DNA of 64,000 bases from a virus. Of this stretch, positions 1 through 9,871 are shown in pieces (the first letter of the stretch is position 1; each line of letters opens with the position of its first letter). The DNA lies in the IMG/VR virus record IMGVR_UViG_3300020406_000408, positions 4,464-68,463 of that record; one strand, written 5' to 3'. Made by a program: the position numbers and the translations under genes. The notes beneath the pieces were generated by a model. That model made no database searches and was not told the DNA's origin. It saw only the letters and a program-made list of their open reading frames with translations.

Positions 1-2
1 GC

Positions 3-308
3 GAATTTCAATGGCACACAGATGGTGATACAGGATTTAGATATCATCATGTTTTGAATAACGACGGTGAAGGTATTACTAGTAGTATTGAAACTAGTGA
101 TGGTAGTGTATTCCGTAAACCGGGTGAAGCATTTATTCTTAATACTGCCAAGCCTCATTGTGTGGTACCAGCTAAAAGTGTAAGACTACATGCTGTCGCA
201 AGTGTTAATGGTCCAAAAAGCACAAGAAAAGATCATAATAATCAATGGCTAGAAGATACAAATAAAACTTGGAAGGATTGGGAACGTGAACACGGTTATA
301 GTTCTTGA
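3..308 (+). CDS. 2OG-Fe(II) oxygenase (AspH-like), 5'-truncated by the window edge
   Basis: The frame is open from position 3 (EFQWHTDGDTGFRYHH...). It has an HxD motif, a distal His (KPHCV) and a downstream Arg (VRLH). Confidence 0.7.
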   Translation, partial: EFQWHTDGDTGFRYHHVLNNDGEGITSSIETSDGSVFRKPGEAFILNTAKPHCVVPAKSVRLHAVASVNGPKSTRKDHNNQWLEDTNKTWKDWEREHGYSS

Positions 309-807
309 TAGTATATTTGACAAAGATTATCTACAGAAGCTAGACGAACTTTGCAAAGGCGAACTACTACAATTAGATAGTGAAACAGGATCTCACGTAG
401 GCGAATATACAGACTACGAATGGCAAATGATTAAAAATGATATTAGGACTAGTCCACACAGACTAAAACTGTTAAGTGAAATAAGTGAACATATTGGTAA
501 AAGTTTACCTACAAAAGATTTAGAACCTATGCAACTGTTTGCTAAAAAGTTTACTCCTAGTAGTCGTATAGGTAAGCACAAAGAAGATCCAGAAGTATAT
601 GGCGACTGGGTATGGATGCTGTATCTTACAGACGAAACTGATGGAGAACTATGTACAGAAGATATGCGTATATTACCAAAACGCAACAGACTTGTAATAA
701 TGCGTACAGGATTTGACCATTGGGTAGAACCGTGTACAGGCGAAAGACTTAATCTTAGTGGTTGGCCGTTTGTAACTAAACAAGTGAGACAAAGATGGAA
801 AAATTAG
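286..807 (+). CDS. 2OG-Fe(II) oxygenase, prolyl-hydroxylase-like
   Basis: IGKHKED (HxE), LYL...GEL, PKRNRLV, DHWVEP and RLNLSGW match the P4H-type DSBH pattern. Confidence 0.75.
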   Translation: MNTVIVLDSIFDKDYLQKLDELCKGELLQLDSETGSHVGEYTDYEWQMIKNDIRTSPHRLKLLSEISEHIGKSLPTKDLEPMQLFAKKFTPSSRIGKHKEDPEVYGDWVWMLYLTDETDGELCTEDMRILPKRNRLVIMRTGFDHWVEPCTGERLNLSGWPFVTKQVRQRWKN

Positions 808-1415
808 ATAGTTTTTTACAAAATACAAAGAACTTTAATAAATGCCAACGTAACTGGAACTATGATAAGATTATAGATCAAACTATAATTGAAAAACTTT
901 TAGATATTGGATACTCCACTCCAACAAAACAAAGTTTACAAAATTTTACACTAATAGCAATTACCAATAGAGATATAATAAAACATTTAGAAAAAGCTAG
1001 TGTAAGTTATGACGATTGGGGAGAGAATCATAAAAAAAGAGTAGAAGCAGGCCAAGTTCAAAATCCGCAAGTAAATGCCAATGTATTATTTGTTTATATA
1101 GGCAATGAAAAAGTTCGTGAAAATAAAAATAGTGTTGGTATTGAAGTAGGCATATCTGCGGGAGCTTTAGGATTAGCCGCAAATGAAATTGGCCTTAGAA
1201 CAGGCTTATGTAGATGCATAGATAAAGAACTAATTGATCCTAATCTTTTTGATAGTTATAACTTACATGTAAATAATATTATATTATTTTTAGGAGTAGG
1301 ATTTCCACTGCATACAAAAGACTTCATAAAATTACCAAAACATGTTGTACACAATAATATAGATTTTTATAGTAGATCATATCCTAAACAGCCACACACG
1401 AGAATAATTATATAA
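795..1415 (+). CDS. Nitroreductase-family flavoprotein
   Basis: CQRNW, TPTKQ, GISAGALGLAANEIGLRTGLC and LFLGVGFP are typical nitroreductase fold motifs. Confidence 0.75.
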   Translation: MEKLDSFLQNTKNFNKCQRNWNYDKIIDQTIIEKLLDIGYSTPTKQSLQNFTLIAITNRDIIKHLEKASVSYDDWGENHKKRVEAGQVQNPQVNANVLFVYIGNEKVRENKNSVGIEVGISAGALGLAANEIGLRTGLCRCIDKELIDPNLFDSYNLHVNNIILFLGVGFPLHTKDFIKLPKHVVHNNIDFYSRSYPKQPHTRIII

Positions 1416-1891
1416 TGGAAAGAAAAAGATTTTATAACAACAGTCTAACTAGACAAGGAAATACAGTTATCAAAGAAAGTCAGTGGCCTGTAGATAAAGA
1501 GGCTCTTGATATATTAATAGCAGAACAACCTAACTTTCTTCCAAAAATATTAGAGTACAATAGCAATTCAATTATTTACGAATACATTGAAGGTATGTCT
1601 GTTGGAAAATATTTAAAAGACCTAAAAGCTAACGCACAAGATATGGTTGAAATTTATTTGCAAATAAATGATATTTGGAAGAACTTTTTAGAACTTTCTA
1701 AAAAATATTGTAATGGTAAAATGATTTATCATAATGATCTCCACTTATATAATATGATATATTCACAAGGCAAAGTTATTCTAACAGATATAGATAGTAT
1801 AAAAATTTCCAACCATGTAAGTTTCCAAACCACACACAGTTATCTATTTCACCAAATGGAAGAAATATTATATGCTAGAATTCAAAAATAA
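1415..1891 (+). CDS. Small kinase-like (APH/RIO-like) phosphotransferase
   Basis: VIK, PKIL...YEYIEG, a catalytic loop HNDLHLYNMI and a Mg-binding LTDID. Confidence 0.7.
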   Translation: MERKRFYNNSLTRQGNTVIKESQWPVDKEALDILIAEQPNFLPKILEYNSNSIIYEYIEGMSVGKYLKDLKANAQDMVEIYLQINDIWKNFLELSKKYCNGKMIYHNDLHLYNMIYSQGKVILTDIDSIKISNHVSFQTTHSYLFHQMEEILYARIQK

Positions 1892-2417
1892 AATATTATT
1901 ACACATTCCTAAATGTGCAGGAACAAGTATTTTGACAGCTCTTAAACTTGATGTGTGGAATGGTGATGATCATTATAATGAAAATTATGATGTACGTATA
2001 CACTACAATGATATTCAACAAACACATATACCTGCAAAAGATATAAAAATAAACAAGCCAAAAGTTGCTTTTGTGCGTAATCCTTGGGACAGAACAGTTT
2101 CAAGGTATTGGTATTGTAGAAAAAGATACAAAATAAAAGAAACTTTTGAAGAGTTTGTACAACAAAAAATAATGAAAGTAGATTACGACTGGGGTCCTCC
2201 TAGCTGGAGATGTCAAAGTGATTGGTTAGATGAAAATACAGTTTTCTACAAAATAGAAGACGGTATAGAAAAAGTTTTACATAATGAATTTGGTGTTGAA
2301 ATAAAATTACCAATAATCAACGGAATGAAAATTAATAATTATAAAATTGAAGATAAAAATATATATGATTTAATTGCTGAGTATTATGACAAAGATATAA
2401 AACTATTTAATTATTAA
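1872..2417 (+). CDS. Sulfotransferase (Sulfotransfer_2 / HNK-1 type)
   Basis: 5'-PSB motif HIPKCAGTS, 3'-PB motif FVRNPWDRTVS and C-terminal YYDKDIKLFNY. Confidence 0.85.
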   Translation: MLEFKNKILLHIPKCAGTSILTALKLDVWNGDDHYNENYDVRIHYNDIQQTHIPAKDIKINKPKVAFVRNPWDRTVSRYWYCRKRYKIKETFEEFVQQKIMKVDYDWGPPSWRCQSDWLDENTVFYKIEDGIEKVLHNEFGVEIKLPIINGMKINNYKIEDKNIYDLIAEYYDKDIKLFNY

Positions 2418-2988
2418 ATACGTTGTGTAAAGTTTCCCAATCATATTCTGTATTACATACAAAACTTATTAAAGCTCTTTCTTTTTGTGGTGGCTGAACT
2501 TTGTGCCATACCGCAGTATTTAATAATACTGGAAGTTCTTTTACAGTGATCTTATCTAAAAATTTCCATTTTATATTTTTTGCTTTTTGGGGATTCGTAT
2601 AAAAGATTCTTGGATCTTTAATCTCACAATCAGGCTCTTCCCATATAGTATCACAATCACCTGTTCCGTAAATTGGAAAATTTAAAACTGCTGTAATTTG
2701 TTTTCCTTTTGGTATAAGACTGTATTGTCCTTGAACATTTACATCAAGGTGATGATGTACATGTTCTCCTGGTTTAATAATTAATATTCTAAAATGTCCA
2801 CTCAAATATTTTTTATAATTGTTCAGAGGTTCTAATATTTTTAAGTGTTCATCTATTTTTAAAATAGGTACAGGTTTAGATTCTGTGATTTCACAATCTT
2901 TTTTATAAGTGTCTACAATCTCCTTTGCGTAATCTTGCCAAGCAGTTGTAACACCTATATTACATTCTAAAAAATATTCATTAAACAT
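2407..2988 (-). CDS. 2OG-Fe(II) oxygenase
   Basis: HHHLD, LNFPI, LLNTAVWHKV and ERALISF. Confidence 0.7.
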   Translation of the reverse strand: MFNEYFLECNIGVTTAWQDYAKEIVDTYKKDCEITESKPVPILKIDEHLKILEPLNNYKKYLSGHFRILIIKPGEHVHHHLDVNVQGQYSLIPKGKQITAVLNFPIYGTGDCDTIWEEPDCEIKDPRIFYTNPQKAKNIKWKFLDKITVKELPVLLNTAVWHKVQPPQKERALISFVCNTEYDWETLHNVFNN

Positions 2989-3592
2989 TTTCTAAATCAT
3001 CTGTACCATTAAGACTAAACATAAGAGCAATTCTAGGTTTACTACTCATATTAATAACAGCATGTGGATATCCAATGTTAAGGAAATAAGCATTACCGTT
3101 GTCTAGGTTATATGCTTCTATTTTGCCTTCACGTTTAAATAAATTTATTACTTGTTTGTCTCCGTAAATAGGCACAATACATCTGACAGCATAACTTACA
3201 TCATAGTCAACATGAAACGGAATATTTTTTCCTGGAGCAAGTTTAGTAATTCTAATTCTACTTGCTGGTGCTTTTAATTGTGTAATTATTTTTTCAAAAT
3301 AACTGCCTGTGTAATCTTCTGTGGGCACATTATATAAATGTTCTTCTTTTCGTCTTAACCTTTCCTTGATACTTGTAGTATAAGGTAATATTTCGCTAGG
3401 TGTAGTTAAATTAATTTGTTCAAAGTTATCATAAACATGAGCGACTAACTCCATATGATTATCACACAACATTGGGTTTGCTGTTTTTACATCAACAAAC
3501 TTTTCTGCTAGTTTATCACAAGCATCTTGTAATTGTTTTAAGTCAATATCTAAATTGTAGTTATGTATACTAGGTAAGTGTTTCTTATTCAT
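2981..3592 (-). CDS. Asp/Asn beta-hydroxylase-like 2OG-Fe(II) oxygenase
   Basis: RIRITKLAPG..IPFHVD, FLNIGYPHAVIN and PRIALMF. Confidence 0.8.
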   Translation of the reverse strand: MNKKHLPSIHNYNLDIDLKQLQDACDKLAEKFVDVKTANPMLCDNHMELVAHVYDNFEQINLTTPSEILPYTTSIKERLRRKEEHLYNVPTEDYTGSYFEKIITQLKAPASRIRITKLAPGKNIPFHVDYDVSYAVRCIVPIYGDKQVINLFKREGKIEAYNLDNGNAYFLNIGYPHAVINMSSKPRIALMFSLNGTDDLENV

Positions 3593-4217
3593 TAATTAGT
3601 CCTTTCAATTTACAATACCTTACATAATTTTCCCATGTATTGTAAGGCCAAAGCAAAAAACTTGCTATCTTCCTTGGTTGATTATGGCTTGATTCAATCC
3701 TGTGCCAATTGCCAATGTTAAGTAATACAGCATCTTTTTTTGTTTCAAATTTATCTATAATTTCGAATTCTTCTGTATCATTGCGTGGCAAGTTTCTTTT
3801 GTCCCAGCTTTTATACTTATTAAGTTTTTTGTCAAATCCAAAAAATGTTACATCTCCTACAGGTTCACTGAGTAAAATATTTACAGCCGCAGGACAAGTC
3901 ATATGTTGCGGAATCTCATTATGGATACTATGCTTATTATTATCAATATGATATCCATATAATTCACCAGGCATCATCTGCATAATCTTAAAATGATCTA
4001 AAAATGCATCTTCAAAAAGACTAAACATATTTAAAAGTCCGTCAAGTTTTAAGTCTTTAACTACTTTTTTTGAAACATAATAAACATTTTCGTCAAATAC
4101 TTTGCAGTCCATTTTGTCTTTGTATTCTTGGGACAAATCATTCCATACGTCATCAATATAATTAAGATCCGTTCTTAAAGTGTCCGAATCAATTTTTAAA
4201 TTATATGCACTTCTCAT
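3585..4217 (-). CDS. 2OG-Fe(II) oxygenase
   Basis: MPG..YGYHID, AVNILLS, LLNIGNWHRI and PRKIASF. Paralogue of 4214-4879. Confidence 0.7.
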   Translation of the reverse strand: MRSAYNLKIDSDTLRTDLNYIDDVWNDLSQEYKDKMDCKVFDENVYYVSKKVVKDLKLDGLLNMFSLFEDAFLDHFKIMQMMPGELYGYHIDNNKHSIHNEIPQHMTCPAAVNILLSEPVGDVTFFGFDKKLNKYKSWDKRNLPRNDTEEFEIIDKFETKKDAVLLNIGNWHRIESSHNQPRKIASFLLWPYNTWENYVRYCKLKGLINE

Positions 4218-4879
4218 CTTTCTAAAATTATTCCTTTTGCCTTTATTGCTTCTACAATGCCTTGCCAGCTATTGTAGGGCCAAAATATAAAACAAGCACT
4301 TGATCTTGGTTGTCCTATGTCTTCGCTTATAATTGTATGATGTGCTGATGTATTAAACAATGTTGCCTTGTCTGTCAATTTAAATCTGTCTACTTCGTGA
4401 AGTGTGGTCATATCTTGTCCCATTGTATCCGCAGAAATGTATTCGTTGACGTTATCAGGAAATAAATCTCCGTTGTTTGAAAATGCCCAAGGCCATAACT
4501 TTCTAAGTCCAGGATCAATATACCACACAGTAGTATCTCCAACTGGTTTGCTAAGAAGTATATTTACATTACCAGGATGTTGTATATCCATAGGAATATC
4601 TTTGTGAAAATTTTGTTCGTTACTATCAACATGTGGCAAATATTTTTGTCCAGGATGCATATTTAGGAAACGTATGCCATCAACGAAGCCGTTGTTAAAT
4701 ATTTCTTTAAAATTTAAAATAGCATCACACCCCTGTTGCTCAACTGTTTTATCAGAAACATAAAAGCACATATCGTCATAACCGGCATATTTGTATTTAG
4801 GATTGTTAAGATGTAGCAATTCTTCTCGTACTTGAGAGATATCTATGTTTAGCTCATACGCACACGAGAACATAGTCAT
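4214..4879 (-). CDS. 2OG-Fe(II) oxygenase
   Basis: MHPG..YLPHVD, NVNILLSKPVGD, LFNTSAHHTI and PRSSACF. Confidence 0.7.
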   Translation of the reverse strand: MTMFSCAYELNIDISQVREELLHLNNPKYKYAGYDDMCFYVSDKTVEQQGCDAILNFKEIFNNGFVDGIRFLNMHPGQKYLPHVDSNEQNFHKDIPMDIQHPGNVNILLSKPVGDTTVWYIDPGLRKLWPWAFSNNGDLFPDNVNEYISADTMGQDMTTLHEVDRFKLTDKATLFNTSAHHTIISEDIGQPRSSACFIFWPYNSWQGIVEAIKAKGIILER

Positions 4880-5468
4880 TTCCTATTTTTTCAGCTTTAT
4901 ATCTTTTGTCTACATAATCATAAAATTCCTGTTGATGATTATATGCTCCCATAAGTATATTAGCATGATGATTACCGTACTTGCACCAATAATTAAATTG
5001 TTTAATATTTTCTTCTAATAAAGGCGAAACATCAAATATTGCTAAGTCAAAACCAATTTTCCAATCATACTTAAAAGGACTAGTGTCTAAAATTATGCTT
5101 ACGTTGTTACAGTCTTCAAATGTTTTTGCTAGTAGATTGAAATCAAAATAACCGTGATACTCTTCTGGAAAATGTCTTTTAACACTACGCTTCCAATCTT
5201 GTTCTTTGAGGTCCTTGTCTAGGCCTTCGCTTTTATCTTCTTTTGCTTGTCCAATACTATATTCACCTCTGTGGGTATCTGGCATGTGATTAAGTTTATG
5301 ATCGTGGTAACTTTGTACAGCAAAGAAATGACTATCAGGAAGCATCTTACTTAATTTGTATGTGATGCCACCATAATATGTACCTATCTCTACACAAGTT
5401 TTAGGTTGTAGTCGTTCGGCTACTTGCTGGTGTACACTTATATTTGCGCCATCATGCATCGAATACAT
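4854..5468 (-). CDS. Class I SAM-dependent methyltransferase (Methyltransf_24-like)
   Basis: Motif I VEIGTYYGG; FDLAIFD. Confidence 0.7.
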   Translation of the reverse strand: MYSMHDGANISVHQQVAERLQPKTCVEIGTYYGGITYKLSKMLPDSHFFAVQSYHDHKLNHMPDTHRGEYSIGQAKEDKSEGLDKDLKEQDWKRSVKRHFPEEYHGYFDFNLLAKTFEDCNNVSIILDTSPFKYDWKIGFDLAIFDVSPLLEENIKQFNYWCKYGNHHANILMGAYNHQQEFYDYVDKRYKAEKIGNDYVLVCV

Positions 5469-6117
5469 CTTGTTTCCTTATAACTTTATCGCTATACATA
5501 CTTACGCTTTTTTCAATTAGATCCCAGTGCCTCTTGGTATTGACTTTTCCAAGTATAAAACCAATAAGTCTATCCTCAGTATCAGCTTCAACGCCATGTG
5601 CTTGGTCTTGATTACGTATCAAAAATGCATCTGTTTCTTCAGGTACAATACATCTATGTTTTTCTTGCCAAGTCATATCACGTATATAATCATATTCCTT
5701 ACACATGTACATTTTGTCTTTACTGCCTGCCACAACAAAACGATAACCAATTGGTTCATGAGCCATGTTATATTCTAATGTTTCAGGCATAATCGCAAGA
5801 TGGTGCTTGTGCGTTGGTTCCACAGCATTACCATCTATATGTGGCGGTATCTCATGTTTTGCCCTTGCTATGCGAATATAGTAAAAGTCATCACAAGGTA
5901 TATATGTTTCAATCCAATCTATCAGTTCGGGATAATTTTCTTTTGCGTTTTTTGTCCATTCCTGAGGATTTCCTAAAGGATTGTTGTTTTCTTTTTCTCC
6001 TAGTAGTGTTTCTTCGTCCCACCAAATATAAAAATCTGGTGCATTAAACCTGTCTAATATTTTTTGTTTATTTGGAATTGGTGGTATTGCTAACGGTGTA
6101 AAAATTATATCCTTCAT
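5452..6117 (-). CDS. 2OG-Fe(II) oxygenase
   Basis: IPPHID, GYRFVV, QAHGV and DRLIGF. Confidence 0.65.
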   Translation of the reverse strand: MKDIIFTPLAIPPIPNKQKILDRFNAPDFYIWWDEETLLGEKENNNPLGNPQEWTKNAKENYPELIDWIETYIPCDDFYYIRIARAKHEIPPHIDGNAVEPTHKHHLAIMPETLEYNMAHEPIGYRFVVAGSKDKMYMCKEYDYIRDMTWQEKHRCIVPEETDAFLIRNQDQAHGVEADTEDRLIGFILGKVNTKRHWDLIEKSVSMYSDKVIRKQDVFDA

Positions 6118-7634
6118 TTTATGTACGCAAAGGCGCTCCCTAGTTCTTTATCATCATTGTTTATTTGGAATTTTATTCCTAATTCTTCTTGTACAGTTTT
6201 ACTATGTTTCTTCATATAAAGCAGTTCTTTTCCTCTGCCTAATTGTTTATGTAAAAAATTATAATCATATCCTTCTAAAAACATTTTATCTTCTGGTTTA
6301 AATATTCTGTGAAGTATGTTTGTTACTTCCTCAACACAACAGCTCATAAATGGCATATCTTTTAAATTTGCAAAAAAATTATTCATACTATCTTTTGTAA
6401 TAGTTTTATCTATACCAAAATTGTAAAAAGTATTAAAGTACCACCAGTTTAAATATATCTGAGTTATTTCTTTCAAATCATAACTGCTACACTCGTATAT
6501 CATTTCAAATGTTTCTTTATTAGGCAAGTATATTTTTTTTGTTTTTATTTTATGCTTGGTTCTATAGTCTTGTGTAGCCATTGGAGTATTAGGCAATACG
6601 TATAACGGATATGCTCTGGCAAAGTCAATTCCTAATTCTGGATGTTTGAATAATGTATTAGCCCAACTATCAGCTGTTTCTCCTGGCAATCCTATTATAA
6701 GTTCTGAATTTACTTTTATATCTCTTAATTGATCCATGATGCGAAGCAATTTATCAGTAGAAATATTTTTTCTCTGTATAGTATCTAATACATCTGGAGT
6801 AAGGGTCTGTAAACTTATCTTTACATTTCTTAACTTATCGTTAAAATTATCCATTGTTAAATTCATTATGTCAGCAAGATATGGCGATCCATTTTTAGCA
6901 AATCCTGCAAATGTTAGTAACATGTCATCACGTTTTTTATTATCAACTATATGCTGTACAAAATCTACATCTCGCGGAAATATACCATAGTTAGCATCTA
7001 GTATTTCTAAACGTTTTACTTTATCAAAACTTAGAACATGTTCTATAGTTTCTTTAACTGCGGCATCTTTTAATTTTGTAATTTTACTTCTACTTACACC
7101 TCCCCAATCACAGAATGCACAATGATAGGGACATCCTCTATTTGTTTCAAATGCAACTGCTATATCATCTTCACGTTTTAATATGTCGTCAAATATTCCA
7201 TCAGTGTAAGGTGTAGGTATAGCATATTCACTTTCGCTTGTAGGGTCTAATAGCTTTTCCCATTGTAATTCACCGGGTCCGGTCATGTAATGATCGACAT
7301 AATTGCGTTTGAAATCTTGTAAATTTTCTTCTGGAACGTTGGGTCCTCCATAGACAACATATCCTTTAGGATTGTATTTTTTAAATAACTGGGCTATTTC
7401 ATCATTTGCGTTTTGATTCCAGACATAACAAGTAAGACCTAATATATCTGTTTGTTTTAATTTTTCATGTAACTCCGGAGTGTCCCATTTATTTTTATAT
7501 ATAGGTTCTAAAAAGTTATATTCTTTTTTTATCTTAGGATTTTTTTGACAATGAGAGATAAGGCAACCAACAGGGTATGGAACCCAATCGTGATATACAC
7601 TTGAGATAGTTCCTAGTAGCACGGTGCGAGGCAT
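6114..7634 (-). CDS. Cobalamin-binding radical SAM protein (class B methyltransferase-like)
   Basis: N-terminal B12-binding domain (LGLTCYVWN, YGGPNV, GPGE), ETNRGCPYHCAFCDW, DANYG and ELIIGLPGET. Confidence 0.9.
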   Translation of the reverse strand: MPRTVLLGTISSVYHDWVPYPVGCLISHCQKNPKIKKEYNFLEPIYKNKWDTPELHEKLKQTDILGLTCYVWNQNANDEIAQLFKKYNPKGYVVYGGPNVPEENLQDFKRNYVDHYMTGPGELQWEKLLDPTSESEYAIPTPYTDGIFDDILKREDDIAVAFETNRGCPYHCAFCDWGGVSRSKITKLKDAAVKETIEHVLSFDKVKRLEILDANYGIFPRDVDFVQHIVDNKKRDDMLLTFAGFAKNGSPYLADIMNLTMDNFNDKLRNVKISLQTLTPDVLDTIQRKNISTDKLLRIMDQLRDIKVNSELIIGLPGETADSWANTLFKHPELGIDFARAYPLYVLPNTPMATQDYRTKHKIKTKKIYLPNKETFEMIYECSSYDLKEITQIYLNWWYFNTFYNFGIDKTITKDSMNNFFANLKDMPFMSCCVEEVTNILHRIFKPEDKMFLEGYDYNFLHKQLGRGKELLYMKKHSKTVQEELGIKFQINNDDKELGSAFAYIK

Positions 7635-8374
7635 AACCTATTCACATCTCCTCTCTTAAATTTATCGTATGCAGGATTGTCCGTAGTAGCAAGCCATACA
7701 CTATCGCTTGGTTTGAAATTATATTCATCGCAAACTTCTGTTTGTTTCTCTATCAATGTTTTCCAAATGTAATCAATGTCAAATTTATTGATAATTTTTT
7801 CAGCAATAGTGTTTGCATAATAGTTATAATACTTAGCACTATTAGTTATAGCATCTAAACGCTGGTCTGGTTCTTTTGTAAAAATCCAACCTGTCCTAAT
7901 ATTACGAACGCCAAAAGGTTTGCTTAGACTATAAAAAACATATTCTACATTTTTTGGCAGTTCTATCTTTTTAATTTGTGTACTTCCTACGTAAGCAAGG
8001 TCAACTGCTGTTGGAACATCAGTAGGTATATCTACAAAGTTTCCGTCTATAGCACTAGGCACACTTATGTAATGTATCCTTTTAGTGCCTGCTTTTGGAT
8101 GTATCCATTGATAGTCTCCACGCTCCATTGTGACTGATCTACGCTCTTTATCAAACCACCAATCCAATCCTTGTGTGATTCCATTCATAGGATATACGTG
8201 GAAATTGGATAGATCTACAACAGGTTTTAACCACTGTTTGATGCTTGTAGAGTACTTTAAAACACCGTCTAAATCGCATTTTAAGCCCTCTACAGCGTGG
8301 TTAACGTCCGGAAGTACGTTAGTTCGTACCGCTGTACTAAGAGCTAAAATTTCACTGCAAATTTTCATGTCCAC
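7613..8374 (-). CDS. Short fold-type-I PLP-dependent enzyme (aminotransferase class I/II-like)
   Basis: NGITQG, VDLAY and a Schiff-base motif YSLSKPFGVRNIRTGW. Confidence 0.7.
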   Translation of the reverse strand: MDMKICSEILALSTAVRTNVLPDVNHAVEGLKCDLDGVLKYSTSIKQWLKPVVDLSNFHVYPMNGITQGLDWWFDKERRSVTMERGDYQWIHPKAGTKRIHYISVPSAIDGNFVDIPTDVPTAVDLAYVGSTQIKKIELPKNVEYVFYSLSKPFGVRNIRTGWIFTKEPDQRLDAITNSAKYYNYYANTIAEKIINKFDIDYIWKTLIEKQTEVCDEYNFKPSDSVWLATTDNPAYDKFKRGDVNRLCLAPCY

Positions 8375-9176
8375 TTGCTACTCTCCAAAGTATACGTTGA
8401 CTCATTTGCTCAAAATGCCAACGTTTGTGTATTGTAACAACTTGCTCTGCAATGTTAAGATCGCCATTTTGCCAATCATGATGATACATATACTTTTCAT
8501 TTAAAATATGGTTTTGTAAAAACTCTATTAGTTCCTGGCTTTCTTTTTCTGAATATCCTACTACTTCAAATATTTGGTAAAAAGGAAAAAAGATTCCTTT
8601 ATGTTCGCCAAAGTTTTGTATAAGGCTTACAGGATTATCTCTATCTAGGTGGTCTTTAAATAATGGTGTATCGCTATAACGGCCAGCCTTGTATCCACAG
8701 ACAACTTTTAAATCTTCAACTTGTAATTTAACATCGGTAGGCAAATCATCATAAGCCCAACTGTTGTTTAGCCAACTTGTTCTACTACCTACTGTTCCTG
8801 TTAGTGCATATAACCAAATAAGTTGTTTTCTATTTGGATTGCTAGGTTGGTTAGCATGCCAATCTAAATCATGTTTATGACTAAACAAACTAGGCTTGCC
8901 TGTAATCGCATCTCCTCCAACACGAAGTATGCCTTCACCTGCCCATACATCACCGCTACCGCCGTGAGCCCTTTGGGCGTCTTTAGGATCTTGCTTCTGT
9001 ACACTTCCTACTACTTCGCTGATACGTAATAATTCCGCTTCATCTAAGTCTTGATCGTGAAAATTTAAAACTAGATACTTGTAAATATCCTTAAAAACTT
9101 CTTGTAGTTCGTCTTTGGGCATGCCTTTTAGTTTTATGTCATAATCAGCACACCATCCGTCGCATAATAATTTCAT
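8352..9176 (-). CDS. TauD/TfdA-family dioxygenase
   Basis: LVLNFHDQDL, LDWHAN, AYDDLP, YHHDWQNGDL..IHKR and RILWR. Confidence 0.8.
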   Translation of the reverse strand: MKLLCDGWCADYDIKLKGMPKDELQEVFKDIYKYLVLNFHDQDLDEAELLRISEVVGSVQKQDPKDAQRAHGGSGDVWAGEGILRVGGDAITGKPSLFSHKHDLDWHANQPSNPNRKQLIWLYALTGTVGSRTSWLNNSWAYDDLPTDVKLQVEDLKVVCGYKAGRYSDTPLFKDHLDRDNPVSLIQNFGEHKGIFFPFYQIFEVVGYSEKESQELIEFLQNHILNEKYMYHHDWQNGDLNIAEQVVTIHKRWHFEQMSQRILWRVASGHENLQ

Positions 9177-9871
9177 GTTTCTCTCGCTGTAAATATACTC
9201 ATTGCTAATTTCTTTTTTACGCCTAGTGCATTGAAGTCACTGCTACTATGCAATCTAGCACAATCAAAAATAATTGCACTATTAATTTTCCAAGGAAAAT
9301 AACTATGTACAGATAATCCTTCTAACCAATCGGGCTTAAGATGTGTAAGGTAATTTTCTTTAATTTCATTTGGTATACCTTTATTATTAGTATAACTTAC
9401 ATCAGTGTAATCGAATAAAGGTCCGTGGCTATAAAAATTTTTAAAATCTGTGCCGCCGCCCATAAATTTTTTGCCGTCATGATAATAATATTGATCATAC
9501 ATCATAAGTTTTATTTTGTCGTCTTTTACATCTCCCCAAAGTTTCAAGGGAATAGTAACTGCTTTATAAGGTGTTTTGTAATTCCTATCTACGTCATTGT
9601 GTATAACGTGTGCCCAAGGTGTTTCAAATATTATAGCACTCATAACTTTTGCTTCACCTATTAATACTTTTAGTCTTGTGAATATATCATCAAACACAGA
9701 GTTATCAGTATTAATCTTACAAACTATAGGTCCTGTATTTTTTTCTATTTTTTCTTGAGTGTTGAAATATTCTATCAAAGAATTATTTTCATCCATAGTT
9801 ATAAAGTCAATAACTTGTTTAGGGTCAGAATTATTTTTTTCAAGACGATTTATTTCTTTGATATCTAACAT
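9173..9871 (-). CDS. 2OG-Fe(II) oxygenase
   Basis: VIHND, VTIPL and IIFDCARLHSS. Start reassigned to the ATG at 9871, which overlaps the upstream stop as TAATG. Confidence 0.65.
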   Translation of the reverse strand: MLDIKEINRLEKNNSDPKQVIDFITMDENNSLIEYFNTQEKIEKNTGPIVCKINTDNSVFDDIFTRLKVLIGEAKVMSAIIFETPWAHVIHNDVDRNYKTPYKAVTIPLKLWGDVKDDKIKLMMYDQYYYHDGKKFMGGGTDFKNFYSHGPLFDYTDVSYTNNKGIPNEIKENYLTHLKPDWLEGLSVHSYFPWKINSAIIFDCARLHSSSDFNALGVKKKLAMSIFTARET

